Origin: Actinomycetota bacterium
GTDB lineage: Bacteria; Actinomycetota; Acidimicrobiia; Acidimicrobiales; JAJPHD01
Assembly: GCA_021325455.1 (NCBI GenBank)
Contig: JAJPHD010000010.1
Span: 257,248-321,247, forward strand
DNA length: 64,000 nt
Reading direction: 5' to 3'
Shown here: positions 54,027-63,773 of the stretch, piece by piece
Layout of the letters: every line of letters begins with the position of its first letter
Numbering within the stretch: position 1 is the first letter of the stretch
Notes under the pieces: generated by a model
Told to the model about the DNA's origin: nothing
Database searches by the model: none
Seen by the model: the letters and a program-made list of their open reading frames with translations, nothing else
Program-made: the position numbers and the translations under genes

Positions 54027-54487
54027 GCCCTCCGGGCCCGGGGCGGCCTGGCCGGGACAGGGCCAGGCCGGACCGCCCTCTGGCGGTCGAGCCAGGCCTG
54101 CAGCATGACGGCGGCGGCGGCCTCGTCCACCACCGGCCGCTGGCGCCGGGCCGTCCGCCCCGCCCCCCGCAGGGCCCGGCTGGCGGTCACCGTCGAGAGC
54201 CGCTCGTCGTGGAGCTCGACAGGGACAGGAAGGACGCCCCGCAGGGCCGCCGCCTCCTCCTCGGCGGCCAGGGCAGCCGGTCCCCTCGTGCCGTCCAGAG
54301 ACAGCGGGAGCCCCACCACCACCACCTCACCCCCCAGCTCCTCCACCTGGCGGGCGACCACAGCGTGGTCGTGGGCCTGCTCCCCGCAGCGCTGGAGCAC
54401 TCCGGCAGGCATGGCCAGTGTCCCGTCCCGGTCGCTCACCGCCACCCCGATACGGCGCTCGCCCAGGTCGAGGCCCACAGCCCTCAC
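54023..54487 (-). CDS. ruvX: Holliday-junction-resolvase-like putative pre-16S rRNA nuclease (YqgF)
   Basis: GLDLGERRIGVAVSD and DERLSTV are present. The GTG at 54487 forms GTGA with the alaS stop. The rest of ORF 54023..55180 is antisense to alaS. Confidence 0.88.
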   Translation of the reverse strand: MRAVGLDLGERRIGVAVSDRDGTLAMPAGVLQRCGEQAHDHAVVARQVEELGGEVVVVGLPLSLDGTRGPAALAAEEEAAALRGVLPVPVELHDERLSTVTASRALRGAGRTARRQRPVVDEAAAAVMLQAWLDRQRAVRPGPVPARPPRARRA

Positions 54488-57153
54488 TGCCGGGTGGCGG
54501 CCCCGCCCCCGGAGGGCGGGACCTCGCCGGGCGGCCCCTGTCGCCCGTCCGGTCCCCCGTCGCCGGCCCGGCCCAGCGCCGCCCGAACCTGCTCGAGGGC
54601 CTCCTCGATGCGCCCCACCTGGCGCCCACCGGCGATGGCCACCTCGGGGTCGCGCCCACCCCCGCCTCCCACGGTGCGGGAGGCCTCGGCGAGGAGCTCC
54701 GATGCCACCAGGCCGCTCCCCCTCCTCACCGCTGCGACCAGCGCCACGCCCTGCCCGTCGGGTGAGCCGATGAGGACGGCCCCCCGCATGCCGGGCCGGT
54801 CCCGCACCCCGAGGGCCAGGTCGCGCATCTGGTCCCGGGGCAGGCCGTCCCGGCGGGCCACCACGACGTCCCCACCGGCTTCGGCCACCAGGGCCTCGGC
54901 CTCCTGGCGGAGGGCCTGGGCCCGCAAGGCCCTGGCCTCCTCGGTCGCGGCCCGGGCCTGGGCCGACAGCCGCTCGATCCGCTCGGGGACCTCCTCCACG
55001 GTGGCGGCCCTCACCAGCTCGGCCGCCCGGCCCAGCAGCTCCTCCTCGTGGCGCAGGTGGGCCAGCGAGGGGGCACCGGTCAGAGCCTCGATCCGCCTGG
55101 TGTTGGCCCCGATCGACCCCTCCGAGACGATCCGGAACGGCCCGATGGCGCCCAGGGTGTCCACGTGGGTCCCCCCGCACAGCTCCACCGAGGAGTGCCC
55201 GGCGTGCACCACCCGGACCCGCTCGCCGTACTTGTCGCCGAAGAAGGCAATGGCGCCGACCCGGTCGGCCTCGGCCCGCTCCATCTCCTCGGTGACCACC
55301 GGAGGGTTGCCGATCACCGAGGCGTTGACCAGGTCCTCGACCTTGTCCAGCTCCGCACGGGTCACGGGGCCGAAGTGGCTGAAGTCGAAGCGGAGCCGGT
55401 CGGGGGCGACCAGCGAACCTTGCTGCTTGACGTGGGGCCCGAGCACCTCGCGCAGTGCCCAGTGCACCAGGTGGGTCCCGGTGTGGTTCCTCCGGATGGC
55501 ATCCCGTCGTTCGACGTCCACCTGAGCCAGAGCCTCCTGCCCGGGGCCGATGGTGCCCTCCACCACACGGGCGCTGTGGCGGATGAGCCCCGGCAGGGCG
55601 TAGGTCGTGTCCAGCACCTCGGCCCGCCCGCTGGGGGTGACCAGGGTTCCGGTGTCGCCCACCTGGCCCCCGGCCTCGGCATAAAAGGGGGTCCGGTCCA
55701 AGAAGACCTCCACCATCGCCCCCGGGCCCGCCTCCAGGACATGGAGCACCCGGCCCGTGGCCGAGCAGGTCTGGTAGCCGAGGAACTCGGTGGTGCCGAA
55801 CTGCTCCAGCAGCTCCCGATAGGCGGGGAGGTGCTCGCTCTCCTCCTCCGTCCCGAGCCCAGCCTGGCGGGACCGGGCCCGCTGCTCGGCCATGGCCGCC
55901 TCGAAGCCGGCCACGTCCACGCCCACCCCCCGCTCGGAGGCGATCTCCCGGGTGAGGTCGATGGGGAAGCCGTAGGTGTCGTGCAGGCGGAAGGCCACGT
56001 CCCCGCCCAGCTGGGCGACACCCTTGGCCAGCTCCTCGTCCAGGATGGCCGACCCGGCCCGCAGGGTCTGGTGGAAGCGCTCCTCCTCCCTGGCCAGCAC
56101 GCCCTGGATGAAGTCCAGCTGCCGGCGGAGCTCGGGGTAGGCGACCTCCATCGTGCCGGCCACGGCGGCAGCCAGAGCGGGCATGACCGCGGTGGTGACG
56201 CCCAGCTGATAAGCCTGGCGCACGGCCCGGCGGATCAGCCGGCGCAGCACGTAGCCCCGCCCCTCGTTGGAGGGGAAGACCCCGTCCCCGATCAGGAAGG
56301 TCGTGGACCGGGCGTGGTCGGCCAGGATGCGCAGGGCCACATCAGCCTCGCCGTCGGCCCCGTAGCGCCTACCGGTCACCGAGCAGGCCGTCTCCACTAT
56401 GGGGGCCAGGACGTCGGTGTCGAACACCGAGTCGGTGCCCTGGAGGAGACCGAGGATCCTCTCCAGGCCCGCACCCGTGTCGATGTTCTTCTTGGGCAGG
56501 TCCGCCAGAGTCCCGTCAGGCTGGCGGTCGTACTGGGTGAAGACCAGGTTCCAGAACTCGAGGTAGCGGTCACCCCCGCCGTGAGCCGGGCCGCCGGGCT
56601 CCCCGTAGGCCTCGCCCTTGTCGAAGTGGATCTCCGAGCACGGCCCGCACGGGCCGGGGCCCCCCATGTCCCACCAGTTGTCCTCCCCGAGACGTTGGAC
56701 CCGCTCGGGAGGCACCCCCACGGAATCGACCCAGATGGCCTCGGCCTCGTCGTCGCTCTCGTGCACCGTGACCCACAGGCGGTCGGGGTCCATCCCGAGG
56801 ACCTCGGTCACCAGGTCCCAGGCCCAGGGGATGGCCTCGGCCTTGAAGTAGTCCCCGAAGCTGAAGTTCCCGAGCATCTCGAGAAAGCTCATGTGGCGCC
56901 GGGTCCGCCCCACGAGCTCGATGTCGCTCTTGGCCCCGCTCACCCGCAGGCACTTCTGGACGGAGACCAAACGGGTCGCCGGGGGGATCTCCTCGCCCAC
57001 GAAGTAGCGCTTGAAGGGCTGCATGCCCGCCACCGTGAACAGGAGCCCCGGGTCGTGGGAGACCAGGCCGGCGGAGGGCATGGCCAGGTGGCCCCGCTCC
57101 TCGAAGAAGGAGGTATAGGCCCTGCGCAGCTGGTTGGCATCCATCCGGTGCAT
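54484..57153 (-). CDS. alaS: alanine--tRNA ligase
   Basis: FTVAGMQPFK is present, as are the editing-domain HTGTH and CGGTH motifs and a C-terminal DHHA1-like region. Confidence 0.97.
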   Translation of the reverse strand: MHRMDANQLRRAYTSFFEERGHLAMPSAGLVSHDPGLLFTVAGMQPFKRYFVGEEIPPATRLVSVQKCLRVSGAKSDIELVGRTRRHMSFLEMLGNFSFGDYFKAEAIPWAWDLVTEVLGMDPDRLWVTVHESDDEAEAIWVDSVGVPPERVQRLGEDNWWDMGGPGPCGPCSEIHFDKGEAYGEPGGPAHGGGDRYLEFWNLVFTQYDRQPDGTLADLPKKNIDTGAGLERILGLLQGTDSVFDTDVLAPIVETACSVTGRRYGADGEADVALRILADHARSTTFLIGDGVFPSNEGRGYVLRRLIRRAVRQAYQLGVTTAVMPALAAAVAGTMEVAYPELRRQLDFIQGVLAREEERFHQTLRAGSAILDEELAKGVAQLGGDVAFRLHDTYGFPIDLTREIASERGVGVDVAGFEAAMAEQRARSRQAGLGTEEESEHLPAYRELLEQFGTTEFLGYQTCSATGRVLHVLEAGPGAMVEVFLDRTPFYAEAGGQVGDTGTLVTPSGRAEVLDTTYALPGLIRHSARVVEGTIGPGQEALAQVDVERRDAIRRNHTGTHLVHWALREVLGPHVKQQGSLVAPDRLRFDFSHFGPVTRAELDKVEDLVNASVIGNPPVVTEEMERAEADRVGAIAFFGDKYGERVRVVHAGHSSVELCGGTHVDTLGAIGPFRIVSEGSIGANTRRIEALTGAPSLAHLRHEEELLGRAAELVRAATVEEVPERIERLSAQARAATEEARALRAQALRQEAEALVAEAGGDVVVARRDGLPRDQMRDLALGVRDRPGMRGAVLIGSPDGQGVALVAAVRRGSGLVASELLAEASRTVGGGGGRDPEVAIAGGRQVGRIEEALEQVRAALGRAGDGGPDGRQGPPGEVPPSGGGAATRQ

Positions 57154-57201
57154 GTCGGCCCAAGCCTACTGCCGGGGTGGCTCCCTCTACCCTGGCAGGG
57201 C

Positions 57202-58614
57202 GTGCGCGTGCTCCTGATCTCCACCTACGAGATGGGCCACCAGCCCCTCCACGTGGCCTCTCCCGCCGCCGCCCTGCTCCGGGCCGGCCACGAGGTGCGC
57301 GCCCTGGACCTGGCCGTGCAGTCCTGGCCCGAGCACGCCAGCGAGGCGCTCTCCTGGGCGCAGGCCGTGGGCCTTTCCGTCCCCATGCACACGGCCATGC
57401 GACTCGCCGTCCGGCTGGCCGGTGCCCTCCGCCGGGCCCGCCCCGAGCTGCCCATCTGCCTCTACGGGCTATACGCCCCGGTCAGCCAGGACCTCACCGT
57501 GGGCCGGCTGGTCGACCGGGCCATTGCCGGCGAGTACGAACCGGCCCTCGTCCAGTGGGTGGACGAGCTGGCGGCGTCGGGGCCGTCCTCCGGGGGGAGA
57601 GGCGCCACCATCCACCTCGATCGGAGCCCGTTCAGCCTGCCTGCCCGCCACCTGCTCCCGCCCCTGGCCCGCTATGCCCACCTGGAGGTGGAGGGGGAGC
57701 GCCGGCAGGTGGGGTACGTGGAGGCCAGCCACGGCTGCTCCCACCGTTGCCGCCACTGCCCGGTACCGGCCGTATACGGGGGCCGCACCCGGGCCCTCCC
57801 CGAGGACACCGTGCTGGCCGACGTCGACCAGTTGGTGGGCATGGGGGCCCGCCACATCACCTTCGGGGACCCTGACTTCCTGAACCGACCCCAGCACGCC
57901 CGCCGCCTGGCCGGGGCCGTCCACCACGCCTTCCCCGACCTCACCTTCGACGTGACGGTGAAGGTCGAGCACATCCTGCGCCACGAGGGGCTGTGGGGAG
58001 CGATGGCCCGGATGGGTTGCCTGTTCGTGGTGTCGGCCTTCGAGTCCACCGACGATGCCACCCTGGGCCGCCTGGAGAAGGGCCACACCGTGGCCGACGA
58101 GTCCCGGGCCCTTGCCATCCTTCGCTCCGAGGGCATAGAGGTGCGGCCGTCGTGGCTGCCCTTCACTCCCTGGACCACCATCGGCCAGGTGCTGGACCTG
58201 GTCGACTTCGTAGCCGCCCACGACCTGGTGGCGAGCGTGGACCCGGTGCAGTACTCGATACGGCTCCTGCTGCCCCAGGGCTCCCTCCTGCTGGAACGAG
58301 CCGACCTCGCCACCCACCTGGGCCCCTACGATGCCGAAGCCCTCACCTGGACCTGGCGGTCGCCCGATCCCAGGGTGGACGCCCTGCAGAGGGACCTGGC
58401 CGAGCTGGCCGAAGGCGCTGCCAGGGCCGGCGAGCCCATCGAGGCCACCTACGAGCGGGTGCGCCATGCGGTGGCGGCTGCGGCCGGATGGGACCCCCCG
58501 TCCCCGCCGCCGGCGGGAGCCGGCCGGGGGTCCCGGCCGGGGAGGCCCCGGCTCACCGAGCCATGGTTTTGCTGAGCTGAGCCCACCGAGGGCCAGTTCG
58601 GCTCTCTGGGATGA
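57202..58614 (+). CDS. B12-binding-like/radical SAM protein with a C-terminal C-U-A-E-P tail (in-frame TGA at 58573 read as selenocysteine)
   Basis: CSHRCRHC (CxxxCxxC) is present. The ORF-track stop sits in ...EPWFC-TGA-AEPTEGQFGSLG-TGA. The GTG start is at 57202 or 57208. The upstream 718 codons of ORF 55048..58575 are antisense to alaS. Confidence 0.7.
58579..58606 (+). promoter_or_regulatory. candidate bacterial SECIS hairpin
   Basis: It begins 4 nt after the UGA codon. GAG/CUC and CCGAG/UUCGG (with a G-U pair) stems enclose a G-rich apical loop GGCCAG about 17-22 nt downstream of UGA. An alternative pairing is GAGCC/GGCUC. Confidence 0.4.
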
Positions 58615-58682
58615 ACCTCGCTTCGCCGAAGGGGCCCCTCAAGGGCTTCAATGGAGCGGACAGCTAGACAAGGAGGCAGGGC

Positions 58683-59660
58683 ATGACCATGGAGTACCGC
58701 CGGCTGGGTCGATCCGGGCTCAAGGTGAGCGTCCTCGGGTTCGGGTCCTGGGTGACGTTCGGGCCCCAGTTGGACGAGGACCTGGCCACCCGGTGCCTGG
58801 CCGCTGCCTACGAGGGAGGGGTCAACTTCTTCGACAATGCCGAGTCCTACGCCTCCGGGGAGTCCGAGCGCATGATGGGCCAGGCCCTGGCCAAGCTGGG
58901 CTGGCCCCGGCACACCTACGTCGTGACCTCCAAGTTCTACTGGGGGATCCACGAGTCGGTGAACACCAAGAACACCCTCAACCGCAAGTACCTTCTCGAC
59001 GCCATAGACGCCTCGCTGGACCGCTTCGGCCTGGGGTTCGTGGACATCGCCTACTGCCACCGGCCCGACCCCGAGACCCCCGTGGAGGAGACGGTCTGGG
59101 CCATGCACGACATCGTGGCCCGGGGCAAGGCCCTCTACTGGGGGACCTCGGAGTGGAGCGCCGGCGACATCCGCGCCGCCTGGGACATAGCGGACCGCCA
59201 TCACCTCCACAAGCCCGTGGTGGAGCAGCCCGAGTACAACCTCTTGCGCCGGCAGCGGGTCGAGGGCGAGTATGCCCGCCTCTACGAGGACATCGGCCTC
59301 GGGCTCACCACCTGGAGCCCCCTTGCCTCGGGCCTGCTCACCGGCAAGTACGTGGAGGGCATCCCCGAGGGGAGCCGGGCCAGCCTGCCCGGCTACCAGT
59401 GGCTGCGCGACCTCCTCACCGATCCCGAGCGAAATGCCGCCGTCCGGCGCCTGGCCTCCGTCTCCGCCGACCTGGGTTGCTCGCTGGCCCAGCTGGCCAT
59501 CGCCTGGTGCACCCGCAACCCCCGGGTCTCCTCGGTTATAACCGGCGCCAGCCGGGTCGAGCAGGTCCAGGAGAACCTGCGCTCCCTGGACGTGGCGCCC
59601 AAGCTGACCGCCGAGGTGCTGGCGCGCATCGACGAGGCCGTGGGGGACCTGGTGAGCTGA
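58683..59660 (+). CDS. aldo/keto reductase (Kv-beta-like subfamily)
   Basis: [27 protein letters not shown] and an AAGGAGG RBS are present. Confidence 0.9.
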   Translation: MTMEYRRLGRSGLKVSVLGFGSWVTFGPQLDEDLATRCLAAAYEGGVNFFDNAESYASGESERMMGQALAKLGWPRHTYVVTSKFYWGIHESVNTKNTLNRKYLLDAIDASLDRFGLGFVDIAYCHRPDPETPVEETVWAMHDIVARGKALYWGTSEWSAGDIRAAWDIADRHHLHKPVVEQPEYNLLRRQRVEGEYARLYEDIGLGLTTWSPLASGLLTGKYVEGIPEGSRASLPGYQWLRDLLTDPERNAAVRRLASVSADLGCSLAQLAIAWCTRNPRVSSVITGASRVEQVQENLRSLDVAPKLTAEVLARIDEAVGDLVS

Positions 59661-59729
59661 GCCCCAGCCGGCTCCGTCATGGCCCCCCACAGGGGGAGGG
59701 AGCCGGGTGGGCGTGGTTGACTCGGGGGC

Positions 59730-60917
59730 ATGAGCACCCACCGCAGCCAGAGGTTCGCCACCAGAGCCGTCCACGCCGGGACGGCTCCCCCCGTGGACCA
59801 GGTGCCGGCCAGCGTCCCCATCTACCAGACCTCCACCTGGCGCTTCGACACCTCGGACGACTTTGCCGCCGTCACCTCCTCCGAGCGCCCCGGGCATGTC
59901 TACGGGCGGGGCTACGGGAACCCCACCGTCGAGGCCCTGGAGGCGGCGGTGGCCAGCCTGGAGGAGACCGAGGCCGCCTACGGGTTCTCCTCGGGGATGG
60001 CTGCCATCCATGCCACCGTCACCACCCTGGCCCAGGCCGGGGACCGCATCGTGGCCAGCCGCGCCATCTACGGGGGCACCTATTCCTTGTTCGCCTCGCT
60101 CCTGCCCCGCTACGGGATAGAGGTCAGCTTCGTGGACATCAACGACGAGGCCCAGGTGGCCTCGGCCCTGCCGGGGGCCCGCCTTCTCTACGTCGAGACC
60201 ATCGCCAACCCCCTCATCACGGTGGCCGACCTCGATCGCCTGGGCCAGCTGGCCCGGCAGGCGGGTGCCGTAGCCGTGGTGGACAACACCTTTGCCTCCC
60301 CCTACCTGTGCGCCCCCGCCCGCTACGGGTTCGACCTCGTGGTCCACTCGGCCACCAAGTACCTGGGCGGCCACAGCGACCTGGTAGGAGGGGTGGTGGC
60401 CACCTCCGCCTCCTGGCGCAGGGCGGTGCGGGCGACCACCCTCGATGTGGGCGGGGCCATGGCCCCCTTCGAGGCCTGGCTGTGCCTCCGGGGCCTCGCC
60501 ACCTTGGCCCTGCGCATGGAGCGCCACTGTGCCACCGCTGCCGCCCTGGCCGAGTTGCTGGCCGCCGACAGCCGGGTGACAGCCACCCACTACCCGGGCC
60601 TGGCCGGCGACCCGGGCCACGAGGTGGCCTCACGACAGCTGCGTGCCGGCGGGGGCATGCTGGCCTTCGAGCTGGAGGGGGGACTGGAGGCAGGCGCCCG
60701 CTTCTGCGACAGCCTGGAGGTGGCCTGGATCGGGGCCAGCCTGGGAGGGCCCCACACCCTCGTGGCCCACCCTGCGTCGACCACCCACCGCCAGCTCGAC
60801 CCCGAGGCCCGCAGGGCGGCGGGCCTGGCCGACGGCCTCATCCGGGTGAGCGCCGGCCTCGAGGACCCCGATGACCTCCTCGCCGACTTCTCCCAGGCGC
60901 TGGACAAGGCCACCTGA
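59730..60917 (+). CDS. Cys/Met-metabolism PLP-dependent enzyme (cystathionine gamma-synthase/lyase or O-acylhomoserine sulfhydrylase type)
   Basis: The PLP-lysine motif HSATKYLGGHSD and the C-terminal IRVSAGLED are present. Confidence 0.9.
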   Translation: MSTHRSQRFATRAVHAGTAPPVDQVPASVPIYQTSTWRFDTSDDFAAVTSSERPGHVYGRGYGNPTVEALEAAVASLEETEAAYGFSSGMAAIHATVTTLAQAGDRIVASRAIYGGTYSLFASLLPRYGIEVSFVDINDEAQVASALPGARLLYVETIANPLITVADLDRLGQLARQAGAVAVVDNTFASPYLCAPARYGFDLVVHSATKYLGGHSDLVGGVVATSASWRRAVRATTLDVGGAMAPFEAWLCLRGLATLALRMERHCATAAALAELLAADSRVTATHYPGLAGDPGHEVASRQLRAGGGMLAFELEGGLEAGARFCDSLEVAWIGASLGGPHTLVAHPASTTHRQLDPEARRAAGLADGLIRVSAGLEDPDDLLADFSQALDKAT

Positions 60918-60933
60918 GGGATACCTTTGGCCC

Positions 60934-62334
60934 ATGGCGCCGCTACTCACCTCCTACCTCGAGTCGAACCGCGACCGCATCCTCGAGGAGCTGTTCGACT
61001 GGCTGCGGATACCGAGCATCTCGGCTCAGCCCGAGCATCACGACGACGTGCGCCGCTCGGCCGAGTGGCTGGCCGGGACCATGAAGGCTGCCGGCCTGGA
61101 GACGGTGAGCATCCTCGAGACCCAAGGAGCCCCTGCGGTCTACGGCGAGTGGTGCCACGCCGGGCCGGCCGCCCCCACGGCCCTCGTCTACGGGCACCAC
61201 GACGTCCAGCCCGTCGACCCCCTCGACCTCTGGACCTCTCCCCCCTTCGAGCCGGTCGTCGTGGAGGGCGAGTGCCTGGCCCGGGGCGCCATCGACGACA
61301 AGGGGCAGGTCCTCTACCAGGTGGAGGCCGCCCGGGGCCTCTTGTCGGAGACGGGCCGCCTGCCCGTCAACCTGAAGCTCCTGGTCGAGGGGGAGGAGGA
61401 GTCGGGCAGCCCCCACTTCGAGGCCCTGCTGCGGGCCGAGGCCGAGCGGCTGGCTTGTGACCTGGTGGTGGTGTCCGATACCGGGATGTGGGCCCCCGAC
61501 GTGCCCTCGGCCTGCATCGGCATGCGGGGCTTGGCCGCCTTCGACCTCACCGTCCGCACGGGCACCATAGACCTCCACTCCGGCCAGTACGGGGGAGGGG
61601 TCCCCAACCCCGCCCACATCCTCGCCCGCTTGGTGGCCAACCTCCACGACGGGGAGGGCCGGGTGGCCATCCCCGGCTTCTACGACGACGTGCGGCCCCT
61701 CAGCCAGTCCGAGCAGGCCTCGCTGGCCGCCCTGCCCTTCGACGAGGAGGAGTGGAGGTTGGCCGCCGGGGTCGGGGCCCTCACCGGAGAGGCGGGCCGC
61801 ACCACCCTGGAGCGCATCTCCACCCGGCCCACCTGCGACGTGACGGGCCTCACCGTGGGCTACGGCGGGCCGGGGTCGAAGACCATAGTGCCGGCCCAGG
61901 GCAACGCCAAGGTGACCTTCCGCCTGGTGCCCGACCAGGACCCGGGCAAGGTGGAGGAGGCCTTCCGGGCCTGGGTGGCGAGCCAGGTGCCCCCCGCGAC
62001 CGAGGTGGAGGTGGAGAGCCACGGAGGGGTGGCGCCCGCCCTCACCCCTGTGGACCACCCGGCCATGGGGGCCCTGTCCCGGGCCATCGAGGCCGTATGG
62101 GGCAAGGCGCCCCTGCTCACGAGGGAGGGCGGCAGCGGCCCCGAGGAGGCGCTCAGCCGGGTCCTCTCCGCTCCTCTCCTGTTCCTCGGGGTGGGCCTGC
62201 CCGGCGACCGCATCCATGCCCCCAACGAGCGCATGGTGATGGGCCAGTTCTGGAAGGGGCTCCTCGCCGCGGGCGAGCTCTGGCGCGAGCTGGGGGAGCT
62301 GGGCGCAGCCGGCGTGAGTGGACGAGAGGCGTGA
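60934..62334 (+). CDS. M20-family dipeptidase
   Basis: LRIPSISAQPEH, YGHHDVQP, GAIDDKG and EGEEESGS are present. The start is ATG 60934. Confidence 0.88.
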   Translation: MAPLLTSYLESNRDRILEELFDWLRIPSISAQPEHHDDVRRSAEWLAGTMKAAGLETVSILETQGAPAVYGEWCHAGPAAPTALVYGHHDVQPVDPLDLWTSPPFEPVVVEGECLARGAIDDKGQVLYQVEAARGLLSETGRLPVNLKLLVEGEEESGSPHFEALLRAEAERLACDLVVVSDTGMWAPDVPSACIGMRGLAAFDLTVRTGTIDLHSGQYGGGVPNPAHILARLVANLHDGEGRVAIPGFYDDVRPLSQSEQASLAALPFDEEEWRLAAGVGALTGEAGRTTLERISTRPTCDVTGLTVGYGGPGSKTIVPAQGNAKVTFRLVPDQDPGKVEEAFRAWVASQVPPATEVEVESHGGVAPALTPVDHPAMGALSRAIEAVWGKAPLLTREGGSGPEEALSRVLSAPLLFLGVGLPGDRIHAPNERMVMGQFWKGLLAAGELWRELGELGAAGVSGREA

Positions 62335-63083
62335 GGGGGAGGGACGCCATTTCGGGCCCCCACCTGCCGGGAGGCCACGAGTGGGTGAGCTTCGAGGACG
62401 AGGAGGAGGACCGCACCTGGGTCTTCGACGTCACCTTCCTCCTGTCCCGCTGGGCCTGCATCTACGGCCAGGGCTGCCAGGGCGTGCTCACCGAGCCGGC
62501 CCCCGAGCTGGAGGAGGGGTGCTGCTCGTACGGCGCCCACTTCACCGGCCCCGAGGACCAGGAGAGGGTGGAGCGGGCCGCCGAGGGGCTCGGTTCCGAG
62601 GAGTGGCAGCACCGGCGCCGGGGGCGGGCGGGGGTGACCAGGCGGACCCGCTCGGGCGAGACCATGACCCGGATCGTGGACGGGGCGTGCATCTTCCTGA
62701 ACCGCCCCGGCTTCCCAGGAGGAGCGGGTTGCGCCCTGCACCGGGCCGCCCTGGCCCGAGGGCTTGCCCCCATGGAGCTGAAGCCCGACGTCTGCTGGCA
62801 GCTCCCCCTCAGGAGGGAGGACGAGGTGGGCGCCGGTGGGCACGTGACGTCCACGGTGCGCCAGTGGGAGCGCCGGCACTGGGGGGCGGGAGGGGCTCAG
62901 TTCGCCTGGTGGTGCACGGAGGCAGCCGAGGCGTTCCGGGGGCCGGCTCCGGTCTACCGGGCCATGGGGGCCGAGCTGGAGGCGCTGGTGGGCCCGGCTG
63001 CCTACGCCAGAGTGCGGCGCTACCTGGACTGGAGGGCGGGATCGGTCTCTCCCTTGCCTCATCCCGCCCGGCGCCGGCGCTGA
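62331..63083 (+). CDS. conserved Cys-rich hypothetical protein (possible Fe-S/Zn binding)
   Basis: The GTG at 62331 forms GTGA with the M20 stop. Cys motifs are WACIYGQGCQGV, GCCSYGAHF and GACIFLNRPGFPGGAGCALH. The family name was not recalled. Confidence 0.65.
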   Translation: MRGRDAISGPHLPGGHEWVSFEDEEEDRTWVFDVTFLLSRWACIYGQGCQGVLTEPAPELEEGCCSYGAHFTGPEDQERVERAAEGLGSEEWQHRRRGRAGVTRRTRSGETMTRIVDGACIFLNRPGFPGGAGCALHRAALARGLAPMELKPDVCWQLPLRREDEVGAGGHVTSTVRQWERRHWGAGGAQFAWWCTEAAEAFRGPAPVYRAMGAELEALVGPAAYARVRRYLDWRAGSVSPLPHPARRRR

Positions 63084-63149
63084 GGGAGAGGGCCGGGCCC
63101 CACCAGGGGCGGGCGGTGGCGGGGACCGAAGGTCAGGTCTCCGGCGGGC

Positions 63150-63329
63150 TCACCGGGCCCAGGGAACGTCCTCCTCGTCCTCTTCGGCCAGCGACTCCTC
63201 GTACAGGCACCACGATGCGTGGTCGTCCTCGGGATCAGCGCCGCACTCCGGGCAGGGCTCGGCCGTAGCCTCGGTGGCCCTCTTCAGGCTGCGGGCCTCC
63301 TCGAAACGCCGATGACGTCCCTTCTTCAC
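63150..63329 (-). CDS. small ORF (59 aa) absent from the supplied ORF track: basic N-terminus, CPxC...WC, acidic tail
   Basis: The GTG start has GGGGAG 6 nt upstream. The translation is VKKGRHRRFEEARSLKRATEATAEPCPECGADPEDDHASWCLYEESLAEEDEEDVPWAR, with high GC3. Confidence 0.4.
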   Translation of the reverse strand: MKKGRHRRFEEARSLKRATEATAEPCPECGADPEDDHASWCLYEESLAEEDEEDVPWAR

Positions 63330-63561
63330 GAGCCGCTCCCCGGTTCACCAGACACTCATGGATCGCCGTTAGTGTAGCCCCCCCTCGGGCGGAGCCTTTC
63401 GCCCCCCAGCGGCAGCTCCCGCCGTGCCCGGGGAGGCGGTCGGTCCGGCTGGGGACCGCCCGGCGGCCCTCCTCCAGGCGGGCGGCGCCTCGGAGAATAA
63501 GGATCTCGCCCGGCAGGCAAGTAGGGTCGCTGCGGTGGCTGACGAGTTGGACGTAGGGGCC

Positions 63562-63756
63562 ATGATCGAAAGGTTCCGCCAGCGGGCCAAGGCCGTGCGT
63601 GAGCGGGGACTGCCACCGGTGGAGGGCCCGGAGCGCCGCCGGCTCATGGCCCAGGCCCAGATCGACTACCAGGACTTCGCCATCATCGGGGACGCCGAGG
63701 GCAGCCTGGAGGACGGCATCCTCACCCTCAGGGTGGACCTGCGGCCCCGAGGCTGA
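63562..63756 (+). CDS. small hypothetical protein (64 aa)
   Basis: ATG 63562 is preceded by AGGGG. The MIERFRQRAKAVRERGLPP... part looks more protein-like than the upstream A/G-rich part of ORF 63424..63756. Confidence 0.4.
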   Translation: MIERFRQRAKAVRERGLPPVEGPERRRLMAQAQIDYQDFAIIGDAEGSLEDGILTLRVDLRPRG

Positions 63757-63773
63757 CCGGACCCCGCCGGGGG

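Noticed and set aside
55048-57201. N-terminal 718 codons of the 1175-aa plus-strand ORF 55048..58575
   Set aside because: This part is antisense to alaS and low-complexity. Recognisable radical-SAM sequence begins only at the GTG at 57202, just past the divergent alaS start.
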